A DNA stretch of 64,000 nt, taken from positions 1,057-65,056 of the forward strand of contig CAYOYB010000004.1 of NCBI GenBank assembly GCA_964408085.1, in the 5' to 3' direction. The translations under genes and the position numbers were made by a program. Shown here piece after piece: positions 1 to 9,088 of the stretch. The first letter of the stretch is position 1. Each line of letters starts with the position of its first letter. The DNA comes from an uncultured Muribaculaceae bacterium (GTDB lineage Bacteria > Bacillota_I > Bacilli_A > RF39 > UBA660). A model generated the notes under the pieces. That model was given only the letters and a program-made list of their open reading frames with translations, searched no databases and was not told the DNA's origin.

Positions 1-185
1 TCACAGGAGAATATTTTAAGAAAGTTGCATCCCCTATTAATTAGGCAAAAACAACATCATTCTTAGCGAATAATGAAGTGAATGCATTTTTTAATTTATT
101 TCCATTTAATTTTTGGTTGTACTTAACGCGTACCTTCGACTTGCAATTTAGTATCGCCTATTCCCGTCGAACCCAAATCAACCCC
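1..185 (-). ncRNA. ssrA: tmRNA (ssrA), 5' part; gene runs off the left edge of the window
   Basis: Reverse complement of 151-185 reads GGGGTTGATTTGGGTTCGACGGGAATAGGCGATAC, the canonical tmRNA 5' end (GGGG...GGnTTCGACGGG). It lies directly downstream of smpB on the same strand. A tag-like frame (103 down to 41) reads GNKLKNAFTSLFAKNDVVFA-TAA. Confidence 0.85.
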
Positions 186-193
186 GTACAGAC

Positions 194-203
194 ATTATAT
201 CAT
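194..203 (-). promoter_or_regulatory. extended -10 promoter element for ssrA
   Basis: Reverse complement reads ATGATATAAT (TGnTATAAT), ending 8 nt upstream of the GGGG 5' end of the tmRNA. Confidence 0.5.
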
Positions 204-228
204 AAAAAAATAAAAAGTATATAACTTT

Positions 229-678
229 CTATTTTAAATTCAAATTTTTATATTGTTTCTTTACTTCTCTATCAATATCACGCTGTTTAATTGATTCCCT
301 TTTATCATAATTCTTTTTACCTTTAGCAATACCAATTAATATCTTAGCTTTATTATTTTTAAAATAAAGTTTTAAAGGAATCAATGTATAACCATTAAGA
401 GCTATACTATCACGTAATTTAAATATCTCTTTTTTATTCAATAATAATTTTCTAGTTCGTGTTTCTTCATGATTAAAAACATTGCCTTCTTTATATTGAC
501 TAATATGCATATTAAGTATAAATACTTCATTATTTTTAACTATCGCATAACTATCTTTTAAATTAGCTTTTCCATCACGAATAGATTTTATCTCTGTACC
601 TTTTAAAACCAAACCAGCTTCTATTGTTTCTAATATTTGATAATCATAATTCGCTTTTCGATTAACTATTTCTATCAT
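229..678 (-). CDS. smpB: SsrA-binding protein SmpB
   Basis: 149 aa. Recognisable SmpB sequence (NRKANYDY...GTEIKS...NMHISQY...TRTRKLLL...IPLKLYF...KGKK.YDKR). Adjacent to tmRNA. Confidence 0.95.
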   Translation of the reverse strand: MIEIVNRKANYDYQILETIEAGLVLKGTEIKSIRDGKANLKDSYAIVKNNEVFILNMHISQYKEGNVFNHEETRTRKLLLNKKEIFKLRDSIALNGYTLIPLKLYFKNNKAKILIGIAKGKKNYDKRESIKQRDIDREVKKQYKNLNLK

Positions 679-685
679 TTTACAC

Positions 686-1813
686 CTATGCTAAAGGAAC
701 TACTTCTATTGAATTATCATACATTTTTATTATGCCAGAATACTTTTCATATAATGATAGATAATTTGGTAAAATATCAGCATTTAATTCTGTAAATGGA
801 TAAACATAGTAATTTCTAAAATTATTATAATATGTATAAATTAAATGGGCTTTAACATTTTCTATTTTTATACTATTATCCTCATTTTTTACAATATCAT
901 AAGATACCATAGCTCCAACTAATCTATCAATACCTATTTGTGCAGAAATAAAATTACCTAATGAATAAATAACTAAAGTATCACCAATAAATTCAATTGG
1001 TTCAATAACATGAGGATGTGTTCCAATTACAACATTAACGCCTAAATCAGATAAATATTGCGCAATTTGTTTTTGACTATATACAGGTGTCGCTGTATAT
1101 TCTTCTCCCCAGTGCATAGCAACCATAATAACATCTGTATAAGGTCTTACAGCCTCAATATCTTTTCTTACTTGTTCTGGATCATAACGATTAACTAAGT
1201 AATCTTTACCTGATGGAGTTGGAATACCATTAGTATTAGTTGTATAAGAAAGAAGTGTATATTTTATACCATTCATCTCTCTTACTTGAATTTTATTTCT
1301 ATTTTCAAATGAATTATAACTACCAGCTACCATTACTTCCTTAGTTGGCCAATATTGCTCTGTAGAATAAAGAATAGCTCTTTCACCACGATCCAAAGTA
1401 TGATTGTTTGATAAGCTTACTATATTAAAACCAGCATCTAACATAGCGTCAGCAATTTCATCAGGCGAATTAAAGCAAGGATAGGTTGACACTCCTAAAT
1501 CTTTTCCACCAATAATAGTTTCTTGATTATAATATTTTAAATCGTAATCTTTAACTAAATTTTTAATAGATGGTAACATTTTCGTAAAATCATAGCTATC
1601 ACCTGAAATATAAGCATCTTGATAAACAGAACTATGAATTAAAGCATCGCCCGCTGTTATCATTGAAAGTTTATTTGATTGCGACTCTCCAGCATATTTA
1701 AAATCGTTCTTATAACTAAGTGCTTGTAAATCTACCTCATCTTTACCACAACCTGTAAAAATTACTAGCAAACTTAATAATCCAACTAAAAAATTCATTT
1801 TTTTATTTTTCAT
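686..1813 (-). CDS. CapA/PGA_cap-family metallophosphatase-like lipoprotein
   Basis: Start moved to MKNKKMNF (ATG 1813, AGGAGG 7 nt upstream). Lipobox LLVIFTGC. Motifs NNHTLD, HWGEEY and GTHPHV are typical of CapA-like proteins. Confidence 0.7.
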   Translation of the reverse strand: MKNKKMNFLVGLLSLLVIFTGCGKDEVDLQALSYKNDFKYAGESQSNKLSMITAGDALIHSSVYQDAYISGDSYDFTKMLPSIKNLVKDYDLKYYNQETIIGGKDLGVSTYPCFNSPDEIADAMLDAGFNIVSLSNNHTLDRGERAILYSTEQYWPTKEVMVAGSYNSFENRNKIQVREMNGIKYTLLSYTTNTNGIPTPSGKDYLVNRYDPEQVRKDIEAVRPYTDVIMVAMHWGEEYTATPVYSQKQIAQYLSDLGVNVVIGTHPHVIEPIEFIGDTLVIYSLGNFISAQIGIDRLVGAMVSYDIVKNEDNSIKIENVKAHLIYTYYNNFRNYYVYPFTELNADILPNYLSLYEKYSGIIKMYDNSIEVVPLA

Positions 1814-1823
1814 AAAAATCCTC

Positions 1824-3632
1824 CTAATTATCCATAATATATATAAAAGTTGCATATTCCTTAAGCTCATAACTATCATACAACTTAACATAATCTTTAT
1901 CAAATTTATTTTCTTTAATAGATTCTCTATAAAATAGTATTGAATTATCTAAATTAATACCATTACTATCAGTATAATAATTAACTACAATATAATCATA
2001 CAATTTATTTTCTGGATAGTCAATTTTTTTAGTTTCAAAATACGCAGTTAGCCACAATCTAGCATAAGGAAAAGCATTAGATGTAATATTTCTAACTCCA
2101 TTATTGTAAAGATTTTTCAAATCTCTAAGTTCTTCATGATTTAATACTATAGTTGGATTTAAATACTTACTAATATTATAGCCATAAATACCAAGTTTAT
2201 CAAAAGAATTACTAACTATATAATATGGCGTTTTTAATCTAAAATAACTCTCAAAATTAGTTAATAATAAAATACTGCATATTACTATTGAAATAAAAAA
2301 ACTAACTAAAAATATTATTCTATCAAATTGACATTCGCTTACCAATTTAAACACTATAATAAAATTTAACAACCAGAATAAATAATATGATTTAGATAAA
2401 TAATAGGGACTAGAAACGCCAAAATACCAAAGTATTATTATAACAAGAATAAAAAGTAACAATAGAATATAAATAAAAAACTCAAAATCTAAATATTTTT
2501 TTCTAATAGAACATAAAAAATAATATATTATAAATGGTAAAAACATTATAAAACTACTATATATATCAATATAACAGTAACCATCTAAAGAAAGTTGATA
2601 AACTAAATTTTGCTCACTATTATTAATATTAGGTAAAACAAAATATATAAAACCTAATATACATGGTAAAATAAAAACTAAAAATATAAAACGCATATTT
2701 TTAAATGTAACTATTTTCTCCTTATTTTTTAAAGCTTTATAAATTGAATATATAAATAGTCCACCAAAAACAACAGGAACAAAAAAATAATAAGTAAAAA
2801 ATAAACCTAAAGTAGTAAACATAATTAAAATTAAACTAATATTGTTATTTACAATATTTAAATCATACATTTTATATAATATTAATAAAAGCGTTATAAT
2901 TGTTATTGAATGTCCTAAATAGAAAAAACCAATCATTAAACTATTTAATGGATAACCTAGCATATATAATAAAGTACCTATTATTATAATAACCATATTT
3001 ACTTTCTTTTTTAAACTAGAAATTAAAACATAAAACATTAAAGTAGACAATAATAACATACCAATATCAAACAAAATATATAGTTGATAAAAATCAAAAT
3101 TATCAATAAACGGTGAAATTGTTTTAAAAAAAAGGCCTAAATTAACATAAGAAGCAAATTGTCTAGTTTCAAAATTAACAATCGTATTATCTACTGCTTT
3201 ATTCAATAAATATGATTGTTCAAAAAAATCCTTAGAAGTCAAAAAATGTGTTCCTGGATCACAGGTTTCATAAACTATATCAAAAGGAAATCCAAAACGA
3301 AATAACGCTAATAACAAAATTACAATTGTAAAAATTATTGCTACAATAATATCTCTTTTTAAAAAATAATAACTTTGGTAACCAACATATTTTTTAATAA
3401 AAAAAAGTAATAAAATTGATACAAAACAATTTACAATAGTTAAATTTAATAAATTTATTGGAATTCCAAACGCACTTAAAATAAAGGCTACAATAGAATT
3501 GTAACAAAATAGTAACCCAAAAGAAATAATTATCCACTTAATTAAATTTTGTTTTTGAGGTGTTTTTTTTAATAATAAAAACATTACTATTAAAAATATA
3601 TTAGATAACACATAAAATAGCGACGATAGCAA
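1824..3632 (-). CDS. large polytopic integral membrane protein, function unknown
   Basis: 602-aa ORF, hydrophobic throughout (more than 10 predicted TM stretches), with a soluble C-terminal ~150 aa. No catalytic motif recognised. Confidence 0.6.
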   Translation of the reverse strand: MLSSLFYVLSNIFLIVMFLLLKKTPQKQNLIKWIIISFGLLFCYNSIVAFILSAFGIPINLLNLTIVNCFVSILLLFFIKKYVGYQSYYFLKRDIIVAIIFTIVILLLALFRFGFPFDIVYETCDPGTHFLTSKDFFEQSYLLNKAVDNTIVNFETRQFASYVNLGLFFKTISPFIDNFDFYQLYILFDIGMLLLSTLMFYVLISSLKKKVNMVIIIIGTLLYMLGYPLNSLMIGFFYLGHSITIITLLLILYKMYDLNIVNNNISLILIMFTTLGLFFTYYFFVPVVFGGLFIYSIYKALKNKEKIVTFKNMRFIFLVFILPCILGFIYFVLPNINNSEQNLVYQLSLDGYCYIDIYSSFIMFLPFIIYYFLCSIRKKYLDFEFFIYILLLLFILVIIILWYFGVSSPYYLSKSYYLFWLLNFIIVFKLVSECQFDRIIFLVSFFISIVICSILLLTNFESYFRLKTPYYIVSNSFDKLGIYGYNISKYLNPTIVLNHEELRDLKNLYNNGVRNITSNAFPYARLWLTAYFETKKIDYPENKLYDYIVVNYYTDSNGINLDNSILFYRESIKENKFDKDYVKLYDSYELKEYATFIYIMDN

Positions 3633-3719
3633 TTAAAATCACCTACATATACTATATTTTAGACAATTATATCATAAAAACTATAATAGGGCAATTAAAA
3701 AAAGCCACTAAAGTGACTC

Positions 3720-5834
3720 TTAATCCGTATTTTTATTTACATTATTTACAACAAGGAAATCGACTGTTTTAGCTTCTTTATTTGCTGCTTTAACTTTTAC
3801 TCTAATATTATCACCAAGTCTAAATCCTCGTTTGTTTTTAGTTCCACGTAAACTGAAAGTTTCTTCATCAAAAATATAAGTATCATCAGTTAAATCATCT
3901 ATTTTTACTAACCCTTCAACTAAATTAGGAAGTTCAACAAAAATACCAAAGCTCATAATACTACTTATAATACCGTCATATTCTTCACCAATATGCTTTT
4001 CCATATATTCAGCTTTTTTCATATCATCAACTTCTCGTTCACATTCAATAGAATCACGTTCTTTATTAGAAGCATGTTCTGTTAAAAACGGTAATTTATG
4101 CTCCCAATATTCAATTGTATCATTATCTACTTTATGTTCAAATAAATATGTTCTAAGTAAACGATGAACAGTTGTATCTGGATATCTTCTAATCGGTGAC
4201 GTAAAATGTGTGTAGCATTTACTTGCAATTCCAAAATGACCAATATTATTTTTATCATAAACAGCCTTTTGCATACTTCTTAAAAGTAATTTTGATAAAA
4301 TTGAAAATTCTTTTTTATCACTTAATTGTCCTAAAATTTTCTGCATTTCTTTAGGAGTAATATCTTTTATTTTTCCATTTACTTTATATCCTAAAATATT
4401 AATAAATTTTAAAAAATTATTAACCTTTTCTTCATTAGGCTCACCATGAACACGATATACAAATGGTAATTCCATAAAATATATACAAGTAGCTACTGTT
4501 TCATTAGCTGCAATCATAAAGTCTTCAATAAGTTTTTCGCCTACTCCACGATTTCTTAAAACGACATCAATAGCTTCACCTTTTTCATTAACAATAATTT
4601 TAGCTTCATCAATATTAAAATCAATACAACCACGACGTGTTTTATACTCTCTTAAAATATTAGCTAATTCCAACATTTTTTTTAAACTATCAACAAATGG
4701 TTCATAACCCTCAGGTACAATATTTTCTTCTAAAATTTTATTAACACATTTATAAGTCATTTGTTTTTTTGAATTTATTACACTTTCAAAAATATCATAA
4801 CTAACAACTTCACCATTATGATTAATTTCCATTTCGCAAGATATAGCTAACCTATCAACATTTGGGTTTAAAGAACAAATTCCATTTGATAATTTATGTG
4901 GTAACATTGGTATAACACGATCAGCCAAATAAACACTTGTTCCACGATCATAGGCTTCTTCATCTATTTTGGTGTTTTCTCTTACATAATAACTAACATC
5001 AGCGATATGTACACCTAACTTATAATTACCATTATCAAGTATTTCAATTGAAATAGCATCATCAATATCTTTAGTATCATCACCATCAATTGTAAAAATT
5101 TCTTTTTCTCTTAAATCACGTCTTCCAACAAATTCTTCCTCTTTTACTTCATTAGGTAAAATGTCTACTTCTTGCATTACTTCATCAGAAAATGTATCAT
5201 TTATTCCATATTTATTTACAATTGATAAAATATCAACTCCAGGATCATTTTTATGACCCAAAATTTTTATAACCTCTGCTTTATAACAATTTCCTTTTAA
5301 TTTATTACAAATTTTAACTAAAACTTTATGACCATCCATAGCTCCCAAAGTTTTATCTTTATCTATAACAATATCAATATTAACCTTTTCTTCATCTAAT
5401 TTAATATGACCAATACCCTTTGCATAATAAAATTCTCCAACCATTTGTTTAAACTTTCGATCGACGATTTTAACAATTCGTCCTTCTAAATCTAAACCTT
5501 TTTTAGAAATAATTTCAACAATTACCTTGTCACCATGAATAGCTCCATTCATATTTGTAGCAGCGACAAATACATCCTCGTCACCTTCAATATCAACAAA
5601 ACCGAAACCTTTTTTATTACCAATCATTTTTCCAACTTTTAAATGACTATTATTAAACATCATATAATTGTTTTTATTTGTCCTATAAATACTTAAATTA
5701 TCCTCTAACTCATTTAAGTCTTTAAGTAAACTTTTTAAACCATCAACATCATTTATTCCTAACTTATCTTCAAGTTCATGAACACTTAAGGCTTTATCAC
5801 TGTTTTTTAATATTTCTAATATTGATTCTTGCAT
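3720..5834 (-). CDS. rnr: ribonuclease R
   Basis: 704 aa with N-terminal HTH/cold-shock-like region, RNB catalytic core (DGDDTKDIDDA, HFGIAS..YTHFTSPIRRYPD) and a C-terminal S1 domain. Confidence 0.95.
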   Translation of the reverse strand: MQESILEILKNSDKALSVHELEDKLGINDVDGLKSLLKDLNELEDNLSIYRTNKNNYMMFNNSHLKVGKMIGNKKGFGFVDIEGDEDVFVAATNMNGAIHGDKVIVEIISKKGLDLEGRIVKIVDRKFKQMVGEFYYAKGIGHIKLDEEKVNIDIVIDKDKTLGAMDGHKVLVKICNKLKGNCYKAEVIKILGHKNDPGVDILSIVNKYGINDTFSDEVMQEVDILPNEVKEEEFVGRRDLREKEIFTIDGDDTKDIDDAISIEILDNGNYKLGVHIADVSYYVRENTKIDEEAYDRGTSVYLADRVIPMLPHKLSNGICSLNPNVDRLAISCEMEINHNGEVVSYDIFESVINSKKQMTYKCVNKILEENIVPEGYEPFVDSLKKMLELANILREYKTRRGCIDFNIDEAKIIVNEKGEAIDVVLRNRGVGEKLIEDFMIAANETVATCIYFMELPFVYRVHGEPNEEKVNNFLKFINILGYKVNGKIKDITPKEMQKILGQLSDKKEFSILSKLLLRSMQKAVYDKNNIGHFGIASKCYTHFTSPIRRYPDTTVHRLLRTYLFEHKVDNDTIEYWEHKLPFLTEHASNKERDSIECEREVDDMKKAEYMEKHIGEEYDGIISSIMSFGIFVELPNLVEGLVKIDDLTDDTYIFDEETFSLRGTKNKRGFRLGDNIRVKVKAANKEAKTVDFLVVNNVNKNTD

Positions 5835-5882
5835 ATTATCACCTAAAATAATTATAAATTAAAAAATACTAAAATGATATAC

Positions 5883-6779
5883 TTACTTTAAAAGTTTACA
5901 AAATTTGTCAGCTAAATTTATAAAGGTATTATTCTTTACTAAATTGTACCCTTCAATACCTAAATTACAAACTCTATTACTAATAATACGATTAAATTTT
6001 TTTATAAGATTTTGTGTATTAAATAAATAAACATTTTTATTATCGATAAGAAAATCATTACATAATTCACTATTTAAAATTAAAATATTCTTTTTTAAAT
6101 TAAGACATATATTTAAATAATCACTATTTTCTAAAATATTATCTAAAAAAATAACTAAATTACTATTATTAAGATAATTTTGTAATAACTGGTCATTACA
6201 ATACTTATGTAATTTTAAATTATTAGGTATATCCCCCATTAATAAACGTTCTTTTTTTGTTAAATTAGGATTATAACCAATTAACTCATATTGTAAATTA
6301 GGAAATTTATTTATTAAATCAAAACAAGCTTCTAAATATTTATAATTACTATCAATAATAGTAATACATTTTTTTCTTAAATTAAAAAATTTATTTTTAC
6401 ATAAACCTATACATAAATTTTCTTGTGGTATTACTAAAGTTTTTTTAATTCCAATCATTTTTCTTAAATAAGGTAAACTTGTTATAATTATATTACACTT
6501 ATTAAAAAAATCAGTCATTTTATTTTTATAATTAGAATATTTTTTATTTTTCTTTATATAACTATTACTAATTTTTAATTCATCTAAATAAGCAATATAA
6601 ATAACTTTTTTAGATTTTTTAATTAATTCTAAACTTTTACGATTATTTTGAGCAATTATTAATGTTTTAAAATCACTATTAATATTCGTTGTATATTCTA
6701 ATGCACCATAATCTAAATAAGTTACTATTTTCGTCAATAAAGCCTTATCTTCGATATAAATTAGATTCATATTATTCAC
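5883..6779 (-). CDS. hypothetical protein (possibly glycosyltransferase-like)
   Basis: 298-aa ORF with good coding appearance. No motif recognised with confidence. Confidence 0.45.
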   Translation of the reverse strand: MNNMNLIYIEDKALLTKIVTYLDYGALEYTTNINSDFKTLIIAQNNRKSLELIKKSKKVIYIAYLDELKISNSYIKKNKKYSNYKNKMTDFFNKCNIIITSLPYLRKMIGIKKTLVIPQENLCIGLCKNKFFNLRKKCITIIDSNYKYLEACFDLINKFPNLQYELIGYNPNLTKKERLLMGDIPNNLKLHKYCNDQLLQNYLNNSNLVIFLDNILENSDYLNICLNLKKNILILNSELCNDFLIDNKNVYLFNTQNLIKKFNRIISNRVCNLGIEGYNLVKNNTFINLADKFCKLLK

Positions 6780-6875
6780 CTATTCTATTATTTTCATAAA
6801 TAGACAATTATATACAAATTTAAATCATTAAAATTAAAGAAAATAAAGAATTTATTTGATATAATAAGCAACATA

Positions 6876-6884
6876 TGTTATAAT
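6876..6884 (+). promoter_or_regulatory. extended -10 promoter element upstream of the pilin-like gene trio
   Basis: TGTTATAAT (TGnTATAAT) lies about 24 nt upstream of the ATG at 6908, with GGAAAGGA as the RBS in between. Confidence 0.45.
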
Positions 6885-6907
6885 TGAAATTGGAAAGGAT
6901 GTATAAT

Positions 6908-7801
6908 ATGTTTATTTTAGCTGAATGCAATATTCCACCAGTCATAACAGGAATTTTATCACAGTTATATAAAATAATCATTGTTTTAATTCCGATAGGT
7001 ATTGTTATCTTCGGTTCTATAGATTTCATAAAAGCTACGATGGCAAAAGATAGTAACGCTATTGCATCCAGTACTAAAACATTTATAAGTAGATTAATAA
7101 CAGGATGCATAACATTTTTCGTTCTAACAATTGTAACTTGGCTATTTAAGACAATTATTGGAAATGTTGGAGAAGCTAGTAGTGCGATGAGTTGTGCCTT
7201 ACAAATTATAGGTGGTACTGCTGGAAGTTCTAGTGGCTATGGTAGTCAAAATAGCTATTCAGTTCAAATGGCTGCTAATATGGCTTGCTATGGAACTCAA
7301 TATGGATTATGCATTTCTCAAAATCAAAATCCTAACAAAGTTGAAGAATGCAATACAGCTGCCAATTCGATTTGTCACACAAATAATAAAGTACAAAAAC
7401 CAACTACTACGACTACTACAACAACTACAATTAAAACATATGATCAATATCAAAGTTGTATTGAGCAATATTGCTCAGATTTATCAGGTGTAGCTAGAAA
7501 AAATTGTGAATCAAAATATTGTTCAGAAGAAAAACCACAAATAGATTCATATACTTGCTCACCAGAATTAAATGGAGAAGAATATTGTAATTGTTTTGAA
7601 AGTAAATGTAGTGGTCTATCTGGAATTGCTCTATCAAACTGCAAATCAAAGTGTCAAAACCAAAATACTACAACTACGACTAAGTCAAATCTCCAAGCAT
7701 GCTATGACAAATGTAAAACCGATAATAAATGTAATAGTCAAAGAACATGTAATAAAACAGGATATGAAGAATGTAAAGCTGAATGCAATGAGCAGTCTTA
7801 A
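6908..7801 (+). CDS. VirB2/TrbC-like pilin-like membrane protein, paralog P1, with long Cys-rich/poly-Thr C-terminal extension
   Basis: Start chosen at MFILAECNIPP to align with P2 (MFFLDVCGIPD). Shared core: TM helix - GSIDFIKATMAKD....FISRLITG - TM helix. The extension has about 20 Cys, runs of T9 and T5, and an internal duplication (CIEQYCSDLSGVARKNCESKYC / CFESKCSGLSGIALSNCKSKC). Confidence 0.7.
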   Translation: MFILAECNIPPVITGILSQLYKIIIVLIPIGIVIFGSIDFIKATMAKDSNAIASSTKTFISRLITGCITFFVLTIVTWLFKTIIGNVGEASSAMSCALQIIGGTAGSSSGYGSQNSYSVQMAANMACYGTQYGLCISQNQNPNKVEECNTAANSICHTNNKVQKPTTTTTTTTTIKTYDQYQSCIEQYCSDLSGVARKNCESKYCSEEKPQIDSYTCSPELNGEEYCNCFESKCSGLSGIALSNCKSKCQNQNTTTTTKSNLQACYDKCKTDNKCNSQRTCNKTGYEECKAECNEQS

Positions 7802-7838
7802 AATTAAAAAATAATTATATTAGAAAGAAGGAATTTTT

Positions 7839-8162
7839 ATGTTTTTTTTAGATGTATGTGGAATACCAGATGAAATAGCTAATACTGTCGGAGCAGTTTA
7901 TAATATATTATTGGTTGCTGTTCCTGTATTGGTGGTTTTATTTGGAACAATCGATTTTGTTAAAGCTGTTATTTCTGGTAAAGAAGATGAAATAAAAAAG
8001 AATACAGCTACATTTGTTAAAAGATTAATTACTGGACTTATAGTTTTCTTTATCCTAGCATTTGCAAAATTTATAATTGGTGTTATTAAAACAAACAATA
8101 CAAGTGGTGTTGTTGATTGTTTAGATTCTATATTTGGAAATTCAAAACAACAAGACCAATAA
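7839..8162 (+). CDS. VirB2/TrbC-like pilin-like membrane protein, paralog P2 (core only)
   Basis: 107 aa. Hydrophobic helix - GTIDFVKAVISGKEDEIKKNTATFVKRLITG - hydrophobic helix. Same core as P1, P3, P4 and P5. Confidence 0.75.
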   Translation: MFFLDVCGIPDEIANTVGAVYNILLVAVPVLVVLFGTIDFVKAVISGKEDEIKKNTATFVKRLITGLIVFFILAFAKFIIGVIKTNNTSGVVDCLDSIFGNSKQQDQ

Positions 8163-8178
8163 TAAAAGGGGAAACGTT

Positions 8179-9027
8179 ATGTATATACTAGGAAGTGGAT
8201 GTGGTTGGATACCTGATGAGCCTGTCAAATTTATGTATCATATTATCAACCTTATTAAAAATTTAACACCTGTTGTTTTAATAATAATGGGAAGCTTAGA
8301 TTTTGGAAAAGCCGTAATTTCACAAAAAGAAGAGGAAATAAAAAGAGCCCAAGCTGCTTTTATAAAAAAGTTAATTGCAGGAGCAGCTGTATTCTTTGTT
8401 ATTGTGTTTGCTAGATGGGTTCTAACAATTATTGATAATACTGGACAAGCAGATACAAGTGATGCTTTCAAATGTGTATCACTTCTACTAAATGGTTCAT
8501 ACTCTGCTGATGATAAAACATATTATGATGGTTCAAACATTCCTCAAAAAACCACTAAAACAACTACTAATAAAGTTGAAAATATATCATTGCAAGAAAA
8601 ATGTACTGAATGTATATCAAATAAAGAAGCAGAAATTCAAGCATGTATTAATGATAATACTTATGGAGATGATGCGTATAATCTAAATGATTTAGGCTAT
8701 AAAAACTCGCTTGATAACTGCTGGAACAACTATAACAATTTTCTTTCTGCCTATGATAATTATGCTACCTGTATTGAAACTGCAGCGCAAAAAGGAATAA
8801 CAAGCAATTGTGTTGCTGAATTAGCATCACTTGAGAATTATAATCAGACTTATAGTTTAGGTTATTCACTTAATTTGCCTTGTGACTTTGCTGAAACTGC
8901 AACACAGAAAAAGAATTGCTACTCTTATGACCAATACTCTAACGCTTGTGTCAATTATGCTAGAAGTGAGCAAAATTCAGGGGACCACGAAGCATACTGT
9001 CAAAAAAAATACTGCAGTAGTTGTTAA
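8179..9027 (+). CDS. VirB2/TrbC-like pilin-like membrane protein, paralog P3, with Cys-rich C-terminal extension
   Basis: Start moved to MYILGSGCGWIPDE (ATG 8179, AAAGGGGA RBS). Core is GSLDFGKAVISQKEEEIKRAQAAFIKKLIAG flanked by TM helices. About 200 aa of extension with about a dozen Cys, ending CQKKYCSSC. Confidence 0.7.
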   Translation: MYILGSGCGWIPDEPVKFMYHIINLIKNLTPVVLIIMGSLDFGKAVISQKEEEIKRAQAAFIKKLIAGAAVFFVIVFARWVLTIIDNTGQADTSDAFKCVSLLLNGSYSADDKTYYDGSNIPQKTTKTTTNKVENISLQEKCTECISNKEAEIQACINDNTYGDDAYNLNDLGYKNSLDNCWNNYNNFLSAYDNYATCIETAAQKGITSNCVAELASLENYNQTYSLGYSLNLPCDFAETATQKKNCYSYDQYSNACVNYARSEQNSGDHEAYCQKKYCSSC

Positions 9028-9042
9028 CTAGGCATTACATAA

Positions 9043-9088
9043 AAAAGTAATTTTAGATGAAATGTGTATTCCATTTAAAATTACTTTT
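9043..9088. terminator. hairpin between convergent genes (P3 and rmuC)
   Basis: AAAAGTAATTTTA ... TAAAATTACTTTT gives a 13-bp perfect inverted repeat with a 20-nt loop, T-rich on both sides. The large loop weakens the call. Confidence 0.35.

Noticed and set aside
6820-7110. 96-aa ORF on the - strand overlapping the start of pilin-like gene P1
   Set aside because: It overlaps the P1 promoter, RBS and conserved N-terminal core on the opposite strand. Its hydrophobic sequence is the mirror image of the P1 TM helix. It is judged an antisense artefact.
7212-8686. Several 60-95-aa ORFs (7212-7493, 7450-7644, 7572-7814, 7898-8098, 8238-8471, 8492-8686) inside or antisense to P1-P3
   Set aside because: All lie within longer ORFs that have paralog support. 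None has an RBS or a recognisable motif.
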